The position numbers were made by a program, and so were the translations under genes. 64,000 nt of DNA from Acutalibacteraceae bacterium (GTDB lineage: Bacteria > Bacillota > Clostridia > Oscillospirales > Acutalibacteraceae): NCBI GenBank assembly GCA_045579445.1, contig JAZNME010000037.1, positions 24,099 through 88,098 of the forward strand. The letters are read 5' to 3'. The stretch's first letter is position 1. The number at the start of each line of letters is the position of its first letter. The notes under the pieces are model-generated. The model was not told the origin of the DNA and did not search any database. It saw nothing but the letters and a program-made list of their open reading frames with translations. Of this stretch, positions 44,195 to 53,104 are shown piece by piece.

Positions 44195-44928
44195 AGGTGC
44201 TTAATCTCCTTTTTATATTTTTCTATCAGCTTATTATTTACTTGGTCTCCGCCATCAACGTTGGCGCTTAAAAAATGCTCAGGGCAAAAACCTTTTTCAG
44301 CACATATTTCTACTGCCCTTGCTACAACTGCATTCAAAATAAGCGCGCCTGAAACAGTAGACGTAGCGCAGATTTTTCCGCTGACACCATCAACATCTAT
44401 ACAGGCATCACCAAGGCAACCGCAGTTATCGAGGACAATATCTGCAATTTCACAAAGGCGTTTTCCGCTACGGTGGCGAGACTCTCCTGCAAGAGAGTGG
44501 TTAAGGCTGGTAAGAGCAATAGCTTTAACATTTCTTTCTTTGCAAAGAAGAGCCATATCAACTATAACGCCGTTTCTTCCTGAATTGGAGATTATAACGA
44601 TAACGTCATTTTCACTTATTCCGTAATCGGAAAAAATCTTTTCCGCAAGGCCTTCCTCACGCTCTTTTTCTGTGCTTTCGGAAGCAGAAATATGAAGCAT
44701 AAGTTCATCAATGAGAATAGGCTGAATATTCAAAAGACCGCCTGCTCTGTAAAAAAGCTCTTCCGAAAGCATATGGGAATGACCTGTGCCAAAGAGAAAG
44801 ATTTTGCTCTTTTTTATAAGAGCTTCTGAAAACGCTTTTGCAGCATCCTCAATGTTTCCTGAACATTTTTCTTCGATTTGTTCAACTATTCTCTTTATAT
44901 TTTCTATGTATTCAAATTGCTTTTTCAT
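44191..44928 (-). CDS. SIS (sugar isomerase/phosphosugar-binding) domain protein, UPF0309-like
   Basis: 245 aa with ..IFLFGTGHSHMLSEELFYRAGGL.. and ..VIVIISNSGRN.. SIS motifs. ATGA overlap with the upstream gene. Confidence 0.65.
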   Translation of the reverse strand: MKKQFEYIENIKRIVEQIEEKCSGNIEDAAKAFSEALIKKSKIFLFGTGHSHMLSEELFYRAGGLLNIQPILIDELMLHISASESTEKEREEGLAEKIFSDYGISENDVIVIISNSGRNGVIVDMALLCKERNVKAIALTSLNHSLAGESRHRSGKRLCEIADIVLDNCGCLGDACIDVDGVSGKICATSTVSGALILNAVVARAVEICAEKGFCPEHFLSANVDGGDQVNNKLIEKYKKEIKHL

Positions 44929-45827
44929 TTTAACTCCATTGACGCTTTCAATGCGCCCTCTTCCGCAGGTGTTGTGAGTGAATCAGTTATAGTTTCAGGG
45001 TAATTTTCTTTAACCTTATTGCAGAATATCTCACGGAAAAGAGAATTATTAAACACACCACCATAAAGAGAAAGGTGAGCGACTTTTCCTAATTGAGCTA
45101 TAAGAGAAGCTACAGTTTCTGCAAAAGCAACGGCTTCATCTTCTATAATCTCCTTGCAGAACATGTCTTCTTCAGCAAGGCTTCCAACAGTTTCTGCAAA
45201 GCCTGCAATGGAGTCTTTGGCGGTTTCGGGAGAGTAAATAATATCAATAATTTCTCTGAAATTCTTTATACCGAAATATTTTATTGCTTCATCAATAAGA
45301 GGAGTTTTAATGCCTTTATCGTAGCAGATGCAGCATTTTTTAAGAGCAGAAACGGCAATTGAATAGCCTGAGCCCTCGTCGCCTAAAATATGTCCCCAAC
45401 CACCTTTTATGATTAAGGAGCCGTCTTTTGCTTCACCTATTGCCATAGAGCCTGTTCCGCATATTGCAACAGAATTACCCGAGGCTGCTTTGAGAGCCAC
45501 AAAAACATCACTGTTCATACTGATTTTTTCAGCGTTTATTATTCCGCCGCAAAGAGCATCGATTGTTTTCTTGTCAGCTTCTGTGTCAAGGGCGGAGCAA
45601 CCTATAAAGGCAGAATAAAAATCTTCAATACCTGTATTTTCTTGTATTTCGGTTATTATTACGGCAAGGTTTTCTCGTGCCTTTTCCATTCCTACGCCAT
45701 AGAAATTTATTGACTTGCCTTGAGCTCTGAAAAGGATTTTTCCTTTTTCGTCTGCAACAACGGCAGTAGTTTTTGTGCCGCCGCCGTCTATTCCGAGATA
45801 GTGCTTCACGCTTTCACCTGCTTTCAT
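44925..45827 (-). CDS. BadF/BadG/BcrA/BcrD-type ATPase (N-acetylglucosamine kinase-like)
   Basis: YLGIDGGGTKT phosphate-1 motif, ..AICGTGS.., ..GGWGHILGDEGSGY... ATGA overlap with the upstream gene. Confidence 0.7.
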   Translation of the reverse strand: MKAGESVKHYLGIDGGGTKTTAVVADEKGKILFRAQGKSINFYGVGMEKARENLAVIITEIQENTGIEDFYSAFIGCSALDTEADKKTIDALCGGIINAEKISMNSDVFVALKAASGNSVAICGTGSMAIGEAKDGSLIIKGGWGHILGDEGSGYSIAVSALKKCCICYDKGIKTPLIDEAIKYFGIKNFREIIDIIYSPETAKDSIAGFAETVGSLAEEDMFCKEIIEDEAVAFAETVASLIAQLGKVAHLSLYGGVFNNSLFREIFCNKVKENYPETITDSLTTPAEEGALKASMELK

Positions 45828-47293
45828 TTTACAGATTTTATCAGGTTAAATGTTTCGTCAAGAATTGTACGCGCCGTCTTAGGACCGGTAGAGTTTGTTT
45901 CCTCATAGTGTCTTCTGTCAAATCTGTCTTTAGCTGCGTCAATGTATGGTGATTTTTCGTTTAATAAAAAGTCGTTATCAGGGATAATATAACCTAATTC
46001 ATCATTACAAAGACCAACAACAAAATTGTGATCGCAATCGGTCATTGGGGATAAGATGTTGTATTCCGCTTTTTTGCCTGTTGCAGATTCTTCTGCCGAT
46101 AAAAACTGACCATTCCAAAGCTCAGGGAACAATTCGCCGGGTATAAGGAAAGCACCAATCTGCCTGTTTCCTAATTCAAGGTAGCCTAACTCTGTTGCCA
46201 CAAATGCTTCGCTTCTTTTATTACTGCGCAGGCAATCGTTATTGATAACATTCATGAGCCTTGCAAAAATAAGGACAAAGTTATCTGCCTTTATTTTAAC
46301 AGGAACAGATTTTATATTAACGAGAGGTACAAGCTCCTCTTCATTCTTCATTGAATTTGCAAGCTCACCTAAGCTTTTACCATATTCCTGAGTATACTTA
46401 AGGCAATCAAATTCGTGGCGGTAAACCTTTCTTATTTCCTTTGCAGAAATCATACCGCCGATTGCGCCATTTATGTAAACAACGTTTGTGTTTTCGTTGT
46501 TTTCTTCAATTTCTCTTATCATATAGCAAGGGAAATCTGCGCTTATACTGTTACTTTTACTGCCGAGAAGCTCTGCGTGGCAGGCAAAGTTTATAACCTG
46601 AACATTTTCAGAACCGTCAAAGCTTTCAAAACGGAGCTTTGTAAGATTTTCGTCGTAAGCGTCAGGTAACCTGTAATCGCAATGCATATCCTCTGTTTTG
46701 TAAACAGAGTAAAAAAGCTTGCCGTTTTTTTTGTTTTCATAAGCCTTTATAATTGCCTCGGAGGTCTTTTCCTTGAAGAATTTCATATATTCTTCATTTC
46801 GTCCGGTTTTAAAAATCTTTTCACCCCACAAGCCCTGAGTATCTATAGCAGAATGAGTGTGGGTTGCGCAGACGGAAATTGATTTAAGATTTTCTGTTTT
46901 ACCGCTTTCGAGAACTATTTTTCGTATATCGTTTATATCACGTCTGCTAAGACCAACTGCATCAACAGCGCAGATTACCGCACCGCCTCTGCCTGTGTTA
47001 TCGTCTATAAAAAACGCACGGGCAAACATGTGGTCAAGCACACTTTTTGCAGGGTTATTTGAGCCATAGCCTGCAATATAATATGTTTTTTCGTTAACAT
47101 CCTTGGGTGTAAGGTCTGCCTTTCCGAAGCCACAGGTAAAAAAATCGCCTTTATTCCACGAAAAAACATTATCACCTGAAAGCATATATTTGTTCGCTTT
47201 TTCGGATGTAGTAAAATATTTTTTCGGCATACAACTGATTACTGCATCTGCAAGCTTTTCAATAGCTTTTCTTGTGATTTTATCTTTATTCAT
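45824..47293 (-). CDS. Neutral/alkaline ceramidase N-terminal-domain-like hydrolase (uncharacterised amidohydrolase)
   Basis: ..GFGKADLTP..YIAGYGSN.. and ..VCATHTHSA.. resemble the ceramidase_alk N-terminal signature. I placed the start at ATG 47293 (GAGGA SD 8 nt upstream) rather than TTG 47308. Confidence 0.45.
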   Translation of the reverse strand: MNKDKITRKAIEKLADAVISCMPKKYFTTSEKANKYMLSGDNVFSWNKGDFFTCGFGKADLTPKDVNEKTYYIAGYGSNNPAKSVLDHMFARAFFIDDNTGRGGAVICAVDAVGLSRRDINDIRKIVLESGKTENLKSISVCATHTHSAIDTQGLWGEKIFKTGRNEEYMKFFKEKTSEAIIKAYENKKNGKLFYSVYKTEDMHCDYRLPDAYDENLTKLRFESFDGSENVQVINFACHAELLGSKSNSISADFPCYMIREIEENNENTNVVYINGAIGGMISAKEIRKVYRHEFDCLKYTQEYGKSLGELANSMKNEEELVPLVNIKSVPVKIKADNFVLIFARLMNVINNDCLRSNKRSEAFVATELGYLELGNRQIGAFLIPGELFPELWNGQFLSAEESATGKKAEYNILSPMTDCDHNFVVGLCNDELGYIIPDNDFLLNEKSPYIDAAKDRFDRRHYEETNSTGPKTARTILDETFNLIKSVK

Positions 47294-47297
47294 ACAA

Positions 47298-47873
47298 TCA
47301 ATCCTCAAAGAAGTTTGTTTTTATTCCAAAAGCGATTTCACCCTCACTATCCTTTTGCTCCAACAATGTAAAACCGCATTTTTTATAGAATTTAACGCCG
47401 TTTTCATTTTTAGAGCCAACGGTAAGCATAACACCCGGAATGCCTTTTTCCCAAAGATGCTTGCACAATGCTTTTATAAGCTGTGTGCCGAAGCCCTTGT
47501 GGTGATATGGGGGAGTAAGGTCTATATGAAGGTGAGCAGGGTATTCGTCTTTATATTTCTCCTGAAGAACAGTAGAATTTTTTGCCCAGTTGTAAAGACC
47601 CTCGTCAAGATGGGCGTTGAGAGGAAGATATTTTTCGTCAAAAATCTTTTTGTAGCTGTCATAATTTTCTGCACAGATAATATAACCTACTGCCTTGCCG
47701 TCGTCATCAAGCACGAAGCAATTCTGAGGCTCGTTATCTATATAATAATCGCAGAAGGTGTGAAGAACGAATTCCTGTAAATCAGGTGGGTCCTCAGGGC
47801 CATCCTCACAATGCAGGCATACGTACTGCACATCTTTATAATCTTTATCTTCGTATTTTCTTATTGAAAGCAT
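47298..47873 (-). CDS. GNAT family N-acetyltransferase
   Basis: 191 aa. ..HHKGFGTQLIKALCKHLWEKGIPGVMLTV...N..GVKFYKKCGF.. is the acetyl-CoA-binding motif A/B region. AGGAG SD. Confidence 0.7.
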   Translation of the reverse strand: MLSIRKYEDKDYKDVQYVCLHCEDGPEDPPDLQEFVLHTFCDYYIDNEPQNCFVLDDDGKAVGYIICAENYDSYKKIFDEKYLPLNAHLDEGLYNWAKNSTVLQEKYKDEYPAHLHIDLTPPYHHKGFGTQLIKALCKHLWEKGIPGVMLTVGSKNENGVKFYKKCGFTLLEQKDSEGEIAFGIKTNFFED

Positions 47874-47999
47874 AATATATCTCCTAAAATTTTTATATTA
47901 ATATGATACACTAAATTAATAAAGGTTGCAACTGCAATATTACATTATACAACACCTGTTTAATGTTTTGCTTTTGGGGTAAAATTAACATAAAATGCC

Positions 48000-48028
48000 T
48001 TGACTTTGTAAAAAATAACACGTATCAT
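48000..48028 (+). promoter_or_regulatory. Putative sigma-A promoter of the acyl-CoA synthetase gene
   Basis: TTGACT (48000-48005), 17-nt spacer, TATCAT (48023-48028). Confidence 0.55.
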
Positions 48029-48056
48029 CATTTTAGTTTTAAAAGGAGGCGAGAAT

Positions 48057-49772
48057 ATGGGAAAACCATGCGAATACCTTTCAAAAATGACACCTGTTCA
48101 GTTGGCAGAAAACCTTGAGTATGAGAAAAAATGGCTTCAGTACTATGGTGAGATGCCTGAAAAATTAGATTATCACCAAGGCTCTATATACGATATGCTA
48201 TATGACGCAATAAGGGCGTATCCTAAAAGCCTTGCAATGGAATATTTCGATGTAGAATTTACTTACAGAGATTTAAGCGAGCATATAGAGCAGGTAGCTC
48301 AGGCTCTTTTAGGGCTTGACGTTGTGCCCAACGAAAGCGTAACAATTTGTATGCCAAATATGCCTGAGGCCATTTTCCTTATTTACGCTATCAATAAAAT
48401 TGGTGCGGTTTGCAACGTTATTCACCCTTTAAGCGACCACGACGATATTGTAAAAGCCGTTGAAGCAACAAACTCAACACTTGTTTTTACGACGGATGTT
48501 TCTGCTCTTAAGGTTGAGGGCGTGAAGGCGAAGGTTGTTGTTTGTGAGGTTTCAAATTCAATGAAACCGCTTCTCAGAACTGCATATAACCTGAAAAACA
48601 GAAAAGCTCTCAGATATCCTGCGGAGTTTATCCGTTGGAAGGATTTCCTTAATATGGGCGTTGCTTACGGTCCTATTATTAAGCGTACTAAAGATGACCC
48701 TGCAGTTATTATCTACAGTGGAGGAACAACAGGTAAATCAAAGGGAATTGTGCTTTCAAACCTTTGCTTCAACTCTCTTGCAACACAGTGCTATGCAGTT
48801 TGTAAAGAGGCGAGAGCAGGTAACTCTATTCTCTCTGCTCTTCCTATTTTCCACGGCTTTGGATTATGCGTAAGCATTCACGTTCCGTTGACATTAGGTC
48901 TCAAATGCATACTTCTTCCTAAAATCAGCGTTGGCGATCTGAATAACACAATCAAGAAGAAAAAGCCGAACCTTCTTCCTGCAATTCCTACAATGCTGAA
49001 GGCTATGACGAATAATCCGCCTTTAGGGCCTGACAGCCTCAGCTCAGTTAAGGTTATTCTTTCAGGTGGCGATTATCTCAGCGATGACGTTCGCGAAAAG
49101 GTGCTTGAATATTTCAAGGATTGCGGTTCTGATGCTCATATTCAGGTTGGTTACGGTCTTTCCGAGGCAACTGCATTTATTGCTGCCACTGCAGATACAA
49201 TAGAGGAAACGGACAATCTTGGTATTCCTAACCCTGATAATATCATTAAAATCTGCGACCCTGAAACAAACGAGGAGTTGCCTGCAGGAACTGTTGGTGA
49301 AATCTGCGTTAACGCTCCGACTGTTATGATGGGTTACCTTAACGAGCCTGAAGAAACCAAAAATGCTTTAAGAGTTCATGAAGACGGCGTTACTTGGCTC
49401 CACACAGGCGACCTTGGTTTTGTTGATGAGGGTGGCGTTCTTCACTTTACATCACGCCTTAAGAGAATGATTATTTCAAACGGCTACAATATTTACCCGA
49501 CAGAGCTTGAAAACGTAATCAACAAATGCAGATACGTTGCATCAAGCGTTGTTGTAGGCGTTAAGGATAAGGTAAAGCAGGAAGCACCAAAGGCAGTTAT
49601 TGTTCTTAAAAAAGGTGTTCAGCGAACAGCGGATGTAGAAAAAGAAATAAAAGAATTCTGCAAGCAGCACATTGCAAAGAATGCCCAGCCTACAGAATTT
49701 GAGTTTACGGACGCTTTGCCGACAACAAAAATAGGTAAAGTAAACTATAGAGAATTTCAGGATAAAGAATAA
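48057..49772 (+). CDS. AMP-dependent synthetase/ligase (long-chain fatty-acid-CoA ligase-like)
   Basis: AMP-binding motif ..IIYSGGTTGKSKGI.., ..GYGLSE.., ..TGDLG.. and a C-terminal ..PTTKIGKV... Confidence 0.8.
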   Translation: MGKPCEYLSKMTPVQLAENLEYEKKWLQYYGEMPEKLDYHQGSIYDMLYDAIRAYPKSLAMEYFDVEFTYRDLSEHIEQVAQALLGLDVVPNESVTICMPNMPEAIFLIYAINKIGAVCNVIHPLSDHDDIVKAVEATNSTLVFTTDVSALKVEGVKAKVVVCEVSNSMKPLLRTAYNLKNRKALRYPAEFIRWKDFLNMGVAYGPIIKRTKDDPAVIIYSGGTTGKSKGIVLSNLCFNSLATQCYAVCKEARAGNSILSALPIFHGFGLCVSIHVPLTLGLKCILLPKISVGDLNNTIKKKKPNLLPAIPTMLKAMTNNPPLGPDSLSSVKVILSGGDYLSDDVREKVLEYFKDCGSDAHIQVGYGLSEATAFIAATADTIEETDNLGIPNPDNIIKICDPETNEELPAGTVGEICVNAPTVMMGYLNEPEETKNALRVHEDGVTWLHTGDLGFVDEGGVLHFTSRLKRMIISNGYNIYPTELENVINKCRYVASSVVVGVKDKVKQEAPKAVIVLKKGVQRTADVEKEIKEFCKQHIAKNAQPTEFEFTDALPTTKIGKVNYREFQDKE

Positions 49773-49774
49773 AA

Positions 49775-49810
49775 AAGTCAGGTGCAATGCACCTGACTTC
49801 TTTGTTTTTA
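49775..49810. terminator. Bidirectional intrinsic terminator
   Basis: GTCAGGTGC-AAT-GCACCTGAC followed by TTCTTTGTTTTT. An A-tract lies upstream for the opposite strand. Confidence 0.75.
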
Positions 49811-49811
49811 A

Positions 49812-50756
49812 TTAATCACAGCAAGGGTCTGTTTTTTTCTTTTTTGGTGTTGGTTTTGCTTGCTCTGTTGCATCGCCAAGACCTGTTGTTTCGCTGAAAA
49901 GAACGTCTTTCTTAACAACCTCAACTGCATCTGTAGGAACAATAATTTTTGCAGCCTGACCATTGGACATATTAACAAGAGCTTCGTATCTTTTAAGCTC
50001 AATAACTGCGGCTGTAGGATTAGCCTCAACAATTGCGCGGATACCGTCTGCTTCTGCCTCTTTAGCAAGAAGAAGTGCTTTTGCTTCACCTTCTGCGCGG
50101 GCAATCCTAGCATCTCTTTCACCTTCTGCGGCAAGCACCATAGCCTGCTTATCACCCTCTGCGCGAGTGATGGCGGCAGCCTTGTGTCCTTCAGCCTGAA
50201 GAAGAGTTTCACGACGGTCGCGTTCAGCCTTCATCTGCTTTTCCATTGCCTGCTGAATTTCCTGAGGCGGAATAATATTTTTAAGCTCAACTCTTGTAAC
50301 CTTCATACCCCACTGGTCTGTAGCATCGTCAAGAATTGCGGTCATTTTGCCGTTGATAGTATCACGGGAAGTAAGTGTGCTGTCAAGCTCAAGCTCACCG
50401 ACAATGTTACGAAGAGTAGTTGCGGTTAAGTTTTCCAAGGCGTTTATAGGATTTACAACACCGTAAGAATAAAGTTTTGCGTCAAAAATCTTGAAGAAAA
50501 CAACTGTATCAATCTGCATTGTAACATTATCTTTAGTAATAACAGGCTGTGGTGGTGAGTCAATAACCTGTTCCTTAAGGGTAATTTTCTTTGCGATTCT
50601 CTCAACAAGAGGGATTTTCACGTGAAGGCCTGCACCCCAGGTCTTTTTGTATTTACCTAAAAACTCGATTACGTACTCGTGAGCCTGTGGCACAATGCGG
50701 ACATTTGCCACCACTAAAGCAAGTAAAAAAGCAACAACGATTAAAATAATTTCCAT
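49812..50756 (-). CDS. SPFH/Band-7 (stomatin-like) membrane protein
   Basis: N-terminal TM helix, ..VRIVPQAHEYVIEFLGKYKKTWGAGLHVKIP..TKDNV..D.V..F.. stomatin core, and an Ala/Glu-rich coiled coil. The C-terminal tail is ..KKKKTDPCCD. AAGGAGG SD. Confidence 0.8.
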   Translation of the reverse strand: MEIILIVVAFLLALVVANVRIVPQAHEYVIEFLGKYKKTWGAGLHVKIPLVERIAKKITLKEQVIDSPPQPVITKDNVTMQIDTVVFFKIFDAKLYSYGVVNPINALENLTATTLRNIVGELELDSTLTSRDTINGKMTAILDDATDQWGMKVTRVELKNIIPPQEIQQAMEKQMKAERDRRETLLQAEGHKAAAITRAEGDKQAMVLAAEGERDARIARAEGEAKALLLAKEAEADGIRAIVEANPTAAVIELKRYEALVNMSNGQAAKIIVPTDAVEVVKKDVLFSETTGLGDATEQAKPTPKKKKTDPCCD

Positions 50757-50844
50757 TAAAAAACCTCCTTAGATAGTTTATGATTTCATTCTACAAAATA
50801 TGTTTTTTATTGTCAATAAAAGTTTAATAGAACAAATTTCCTTT

Positions 50845-51504
50845 TTATTTAAATTCTTCAAATTCAGGCATAATGTAAGTGGTTGTAGAGAAAAACATAA
50901 CCTTCATTTCACCGTAAGAATATTCATTTAAGTTTCTGTCCTGGCTTGCCCTTTTTGAGTTAAGCGCTTTATCTATTGAGTAAATTGCAATTAAAGAGTC
51001 TTTGTTTCTGATAGGTGCGCCGTCTGCATTTTTAGTCCCGTCAAATTCAAGCACAAGGTTGCTGTCGTTTTCAGGGACAGTATAAAGGGCTACAAGGTTT
51101 TCTGAAGCTACGCCGTATTTTTGTGAAACGGCATCAATATAGCGGTTGTTTTTATCGTCTGAAAAAGCCATTTCCCCTGTTTTTTCATATGTTTTTGTGG
51201 TTTGTGGGAGAGTAGTGGCTTCTGTTTCAGGCTCGAGACTCGGAGTGGGCACTGAAGCAGGTGGAATTATCTCTACAGAATCCGATACAGTCTGAGTAAA
51301 TGTAATTTCACTTTCCTCTTGTTGTTGGGAAGATGTGATTATCTGCATTTGTGTTGAAAGAATGTTTTCGGTTTCTTCATAATACAGAGAATTATCTGTT
51401 GAAGAAATGGGAGTGTTATTATCAGAATTATCCTTTATACCACAACCTGCAAAAGTAAAAATCAAGGCTCCGACAACAACTGATTTTAATATATGTTTTT
51501 TCAT
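50845..51504 (-). CDS. Lipoprotein of unknown function
   Basis: I placed the start at ATG 51504: MKKHILKSVVVGALIFTFAGC with lipobox FAGC, followed by a low-complexity Ser/Thr/Glu/Pro linker and a C-terminal globular domain. Confidence 0.6.
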   Translation of the reverse strand: MKKHILKSVVVGALIFTFAGCGIKDNSDNNTPISSTDNSLYYEETENILSTQMQIITSSQQQEESEITFTQTVSDSVEIIPPASVPTPSLEPETEATTLPQTTKTYEKTGEMAFSDDKNNRYIDAVSQKYGVASENLVALYTVPENDSNLVLEFDGTKNADGAPIRNKDSLIAIYSIDKALNSKRASQDRNLNEYSYGEMKVMFFSTTTYIMPEFEEFK

Positions 51505-51569
51505 AAACTCACCGCCTTTTAATATAAATATAACACATTTTCTGTATGGTTTCAAATAATATATTTTTC

Positions 51570-51599
51570 TTGCAATTGAATACCTATGTATAGTATAAT
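51570..51599 (+). promoter_or_regulatory. Putative promoter of the GH20 operon
   Basis: TTGCAA (51570-51575), 18-nt spacer, TATAAT (51594-51599). Confidence 0.5.
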
Positions 51600-51634
51600 T
51601 ACAATGTATAACTATAGTAAGGTGGTGTAGTGTT

Positions 51635-53104
51635 ATGTTTTTATGTCCACAACCTAAAAAGATGGAGCTTTATAAGGGCTTTTACCGATTTGATGCAGGT
51701 GAAATGCCTGAAATCACTTCTGTTGTAACACCCTTACTTGCCCAGAAAGAAAGCTACAGAATTGAAATAAACGAAAAAGGCGTACATATTCAGGCTGCAG
51801 ACTCTGCAGGAGAACATTATGCCCGCATAACACTTTCGCAGCTTATGAAAAACTACAGGGGTTGTCTGCCGTTTTTATATATTTACGATGAGCCTGATTA
51901 CAGCTATCGCGGCTTTATGATAGACTCCTGCCGTCATTTCTTTACAGTAGAAGAAATTAAAAAAATGGTTGAAGGCGCAGCTCTTTTCAAATTCAATAAA
52001 TTCCATTTCCATTTAACAGATGATCAGGGTTTCAGAGTTCAGATTGATTCTTACCCTCAGCTTACGTCTGTGGGCTCTGTGCGTTATGGCTCTCATTTTG
52101 GAAAAACCCATAATGATGAGGAAGTTTACGGCGGCTTTTATACAAAAGCGGAGCTTCGGGAAATTGTTGAATTCTGCGCAGAGCGTCATATTGAGGTTAT
52201 ACCCGAATTTGATATTCCCGGTCATACAAGCGCAGTAGTTTCTGCTATGCCTGAGCTTTCCTGTACAGGTGAAGAGATAAAACCACAGACAACGTCCGGT
52301 ATTTTTCCTGATGTTTTGTGTGTTGGTAACGAAGAAACATATAAAATGATTTATGCAGTTCTTGACGAATTGTGCGAAATCTTCCCTTGCAAGTATGTTC
52401 ATATCGGTGGAGATGAAGTGCCGAAAGCCCATTGGAACGAATGCCCTAAATGTCAGGCAAAGAGAGACTCTCTCGGTCTTAAAACGATGGAAGAGCTCCA
52501 GAGTGCATTTTGTCAGGAAATAGCTGCTTATCTTAAGAAAAAAGGCAAAAAGGCTATTTGTTGGAATGAAGCAGTCCGTGGCGGAAACGTTGAAAACGAC
52601 AACATTACAGTTGCCTGGTGGATGGATAAAACCGATGCTTCTCTTAAATGGGCAAACAGTGGTGCGCCAACAATAATTGAAAGCTTTGCGCCATACTATG
52701 TTGATTATCCTTATGGTATGCACTCGTTAAGAGATATTTATATGTATAATCCTAAAAAAATAAGAGGATTAACAGAACTGGGAAAAAATTCAATTATAGG
52801 AATTGAAAGCCCTATATGGACAGAGTTTGTTAAAGATATTGATAAAATGCAGAAAATGTGCTTCCCTCGTTGGCTTGCAGTTGCAGAAAACGCATGGAAC
52901 AGCTACGAGAAAAAGAACTTCCCTCAATTCCTTAAAACAGTTGAGTTTTTCTGCGATGTTCTTAAAGAAAACGGCATAACGCCTGCTCCTGAAGAGGAGT
53001 GGAACATTCTTCCTCATACAAGGCTTGAGCAGACATTGAATTTTGCCGCTAAAAACATATCAAAGAAAACAATTATTGACTTTTTCAGAGGTAATAACAA
53101 ATGA
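51635..53104 (+). CDS. GH20 beta-N-acetylhexosaminidase, no signal peptide
   Basis: ..YRGFMIDSCRHF.., ..FHFHLTDDQGFR.., ..HIGGDEV.. (catalytic D-E) GH20 motifs. Confidence 0.85.
   Translation: MFLCPQPKKMELYKGFYRFDAGEMPEITSVVTPLLAQKESYRIEINEKGVHIQAADSAGEHYARITLSQLMKNYRGCLPFLYIYDEPDYSYRGFMIDSCRHFFTVEEIKKMVEGAALFKFNKFHFHLTDDQGFRVQIDSYPQLTSVGSVRYGSHFGKTHNDEEVYGGFYTKAELREIVEFCAERHIEVIPEFDIPGHTSAVVSAMPELSCTGEEIKPQTTSGIFPDVLCVGNEETYKMIYAVLDELCEIFPCKYVHIGGDEVPKAHWNECPKCQAKRDSLGLKTMEELQSAFCQEIAAYLKKKGKKAICWNEAVRGGNVENDNITVAWWMDKTDASLKWANSGAPTIIESFAPYYVDYPYGMHSLRDIYMYNPKKIRGLTELGKNSIIGIESPIWTEFVKDIDKMQKMCFPRWLAVAENAWNSYEKKNFPQFLKTVEFFCDVLKENGITPAPEEEWNILPHTRLEQTLNFAAKNISKKTIIDFFRGNNK

Noticed and set aside
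47103-47780. A 225-aa plus-strand ORF, and other long antisense ORFs (52013-52723, 59056-59694, 49860-50429, 25362-25724, 43709-44125, 31245-31727).
   Set aside because: All lie entirely antisense to genes with strong motif support. They lack SD sites and have low-complexity or hydrophobic shadow-ORF composition.
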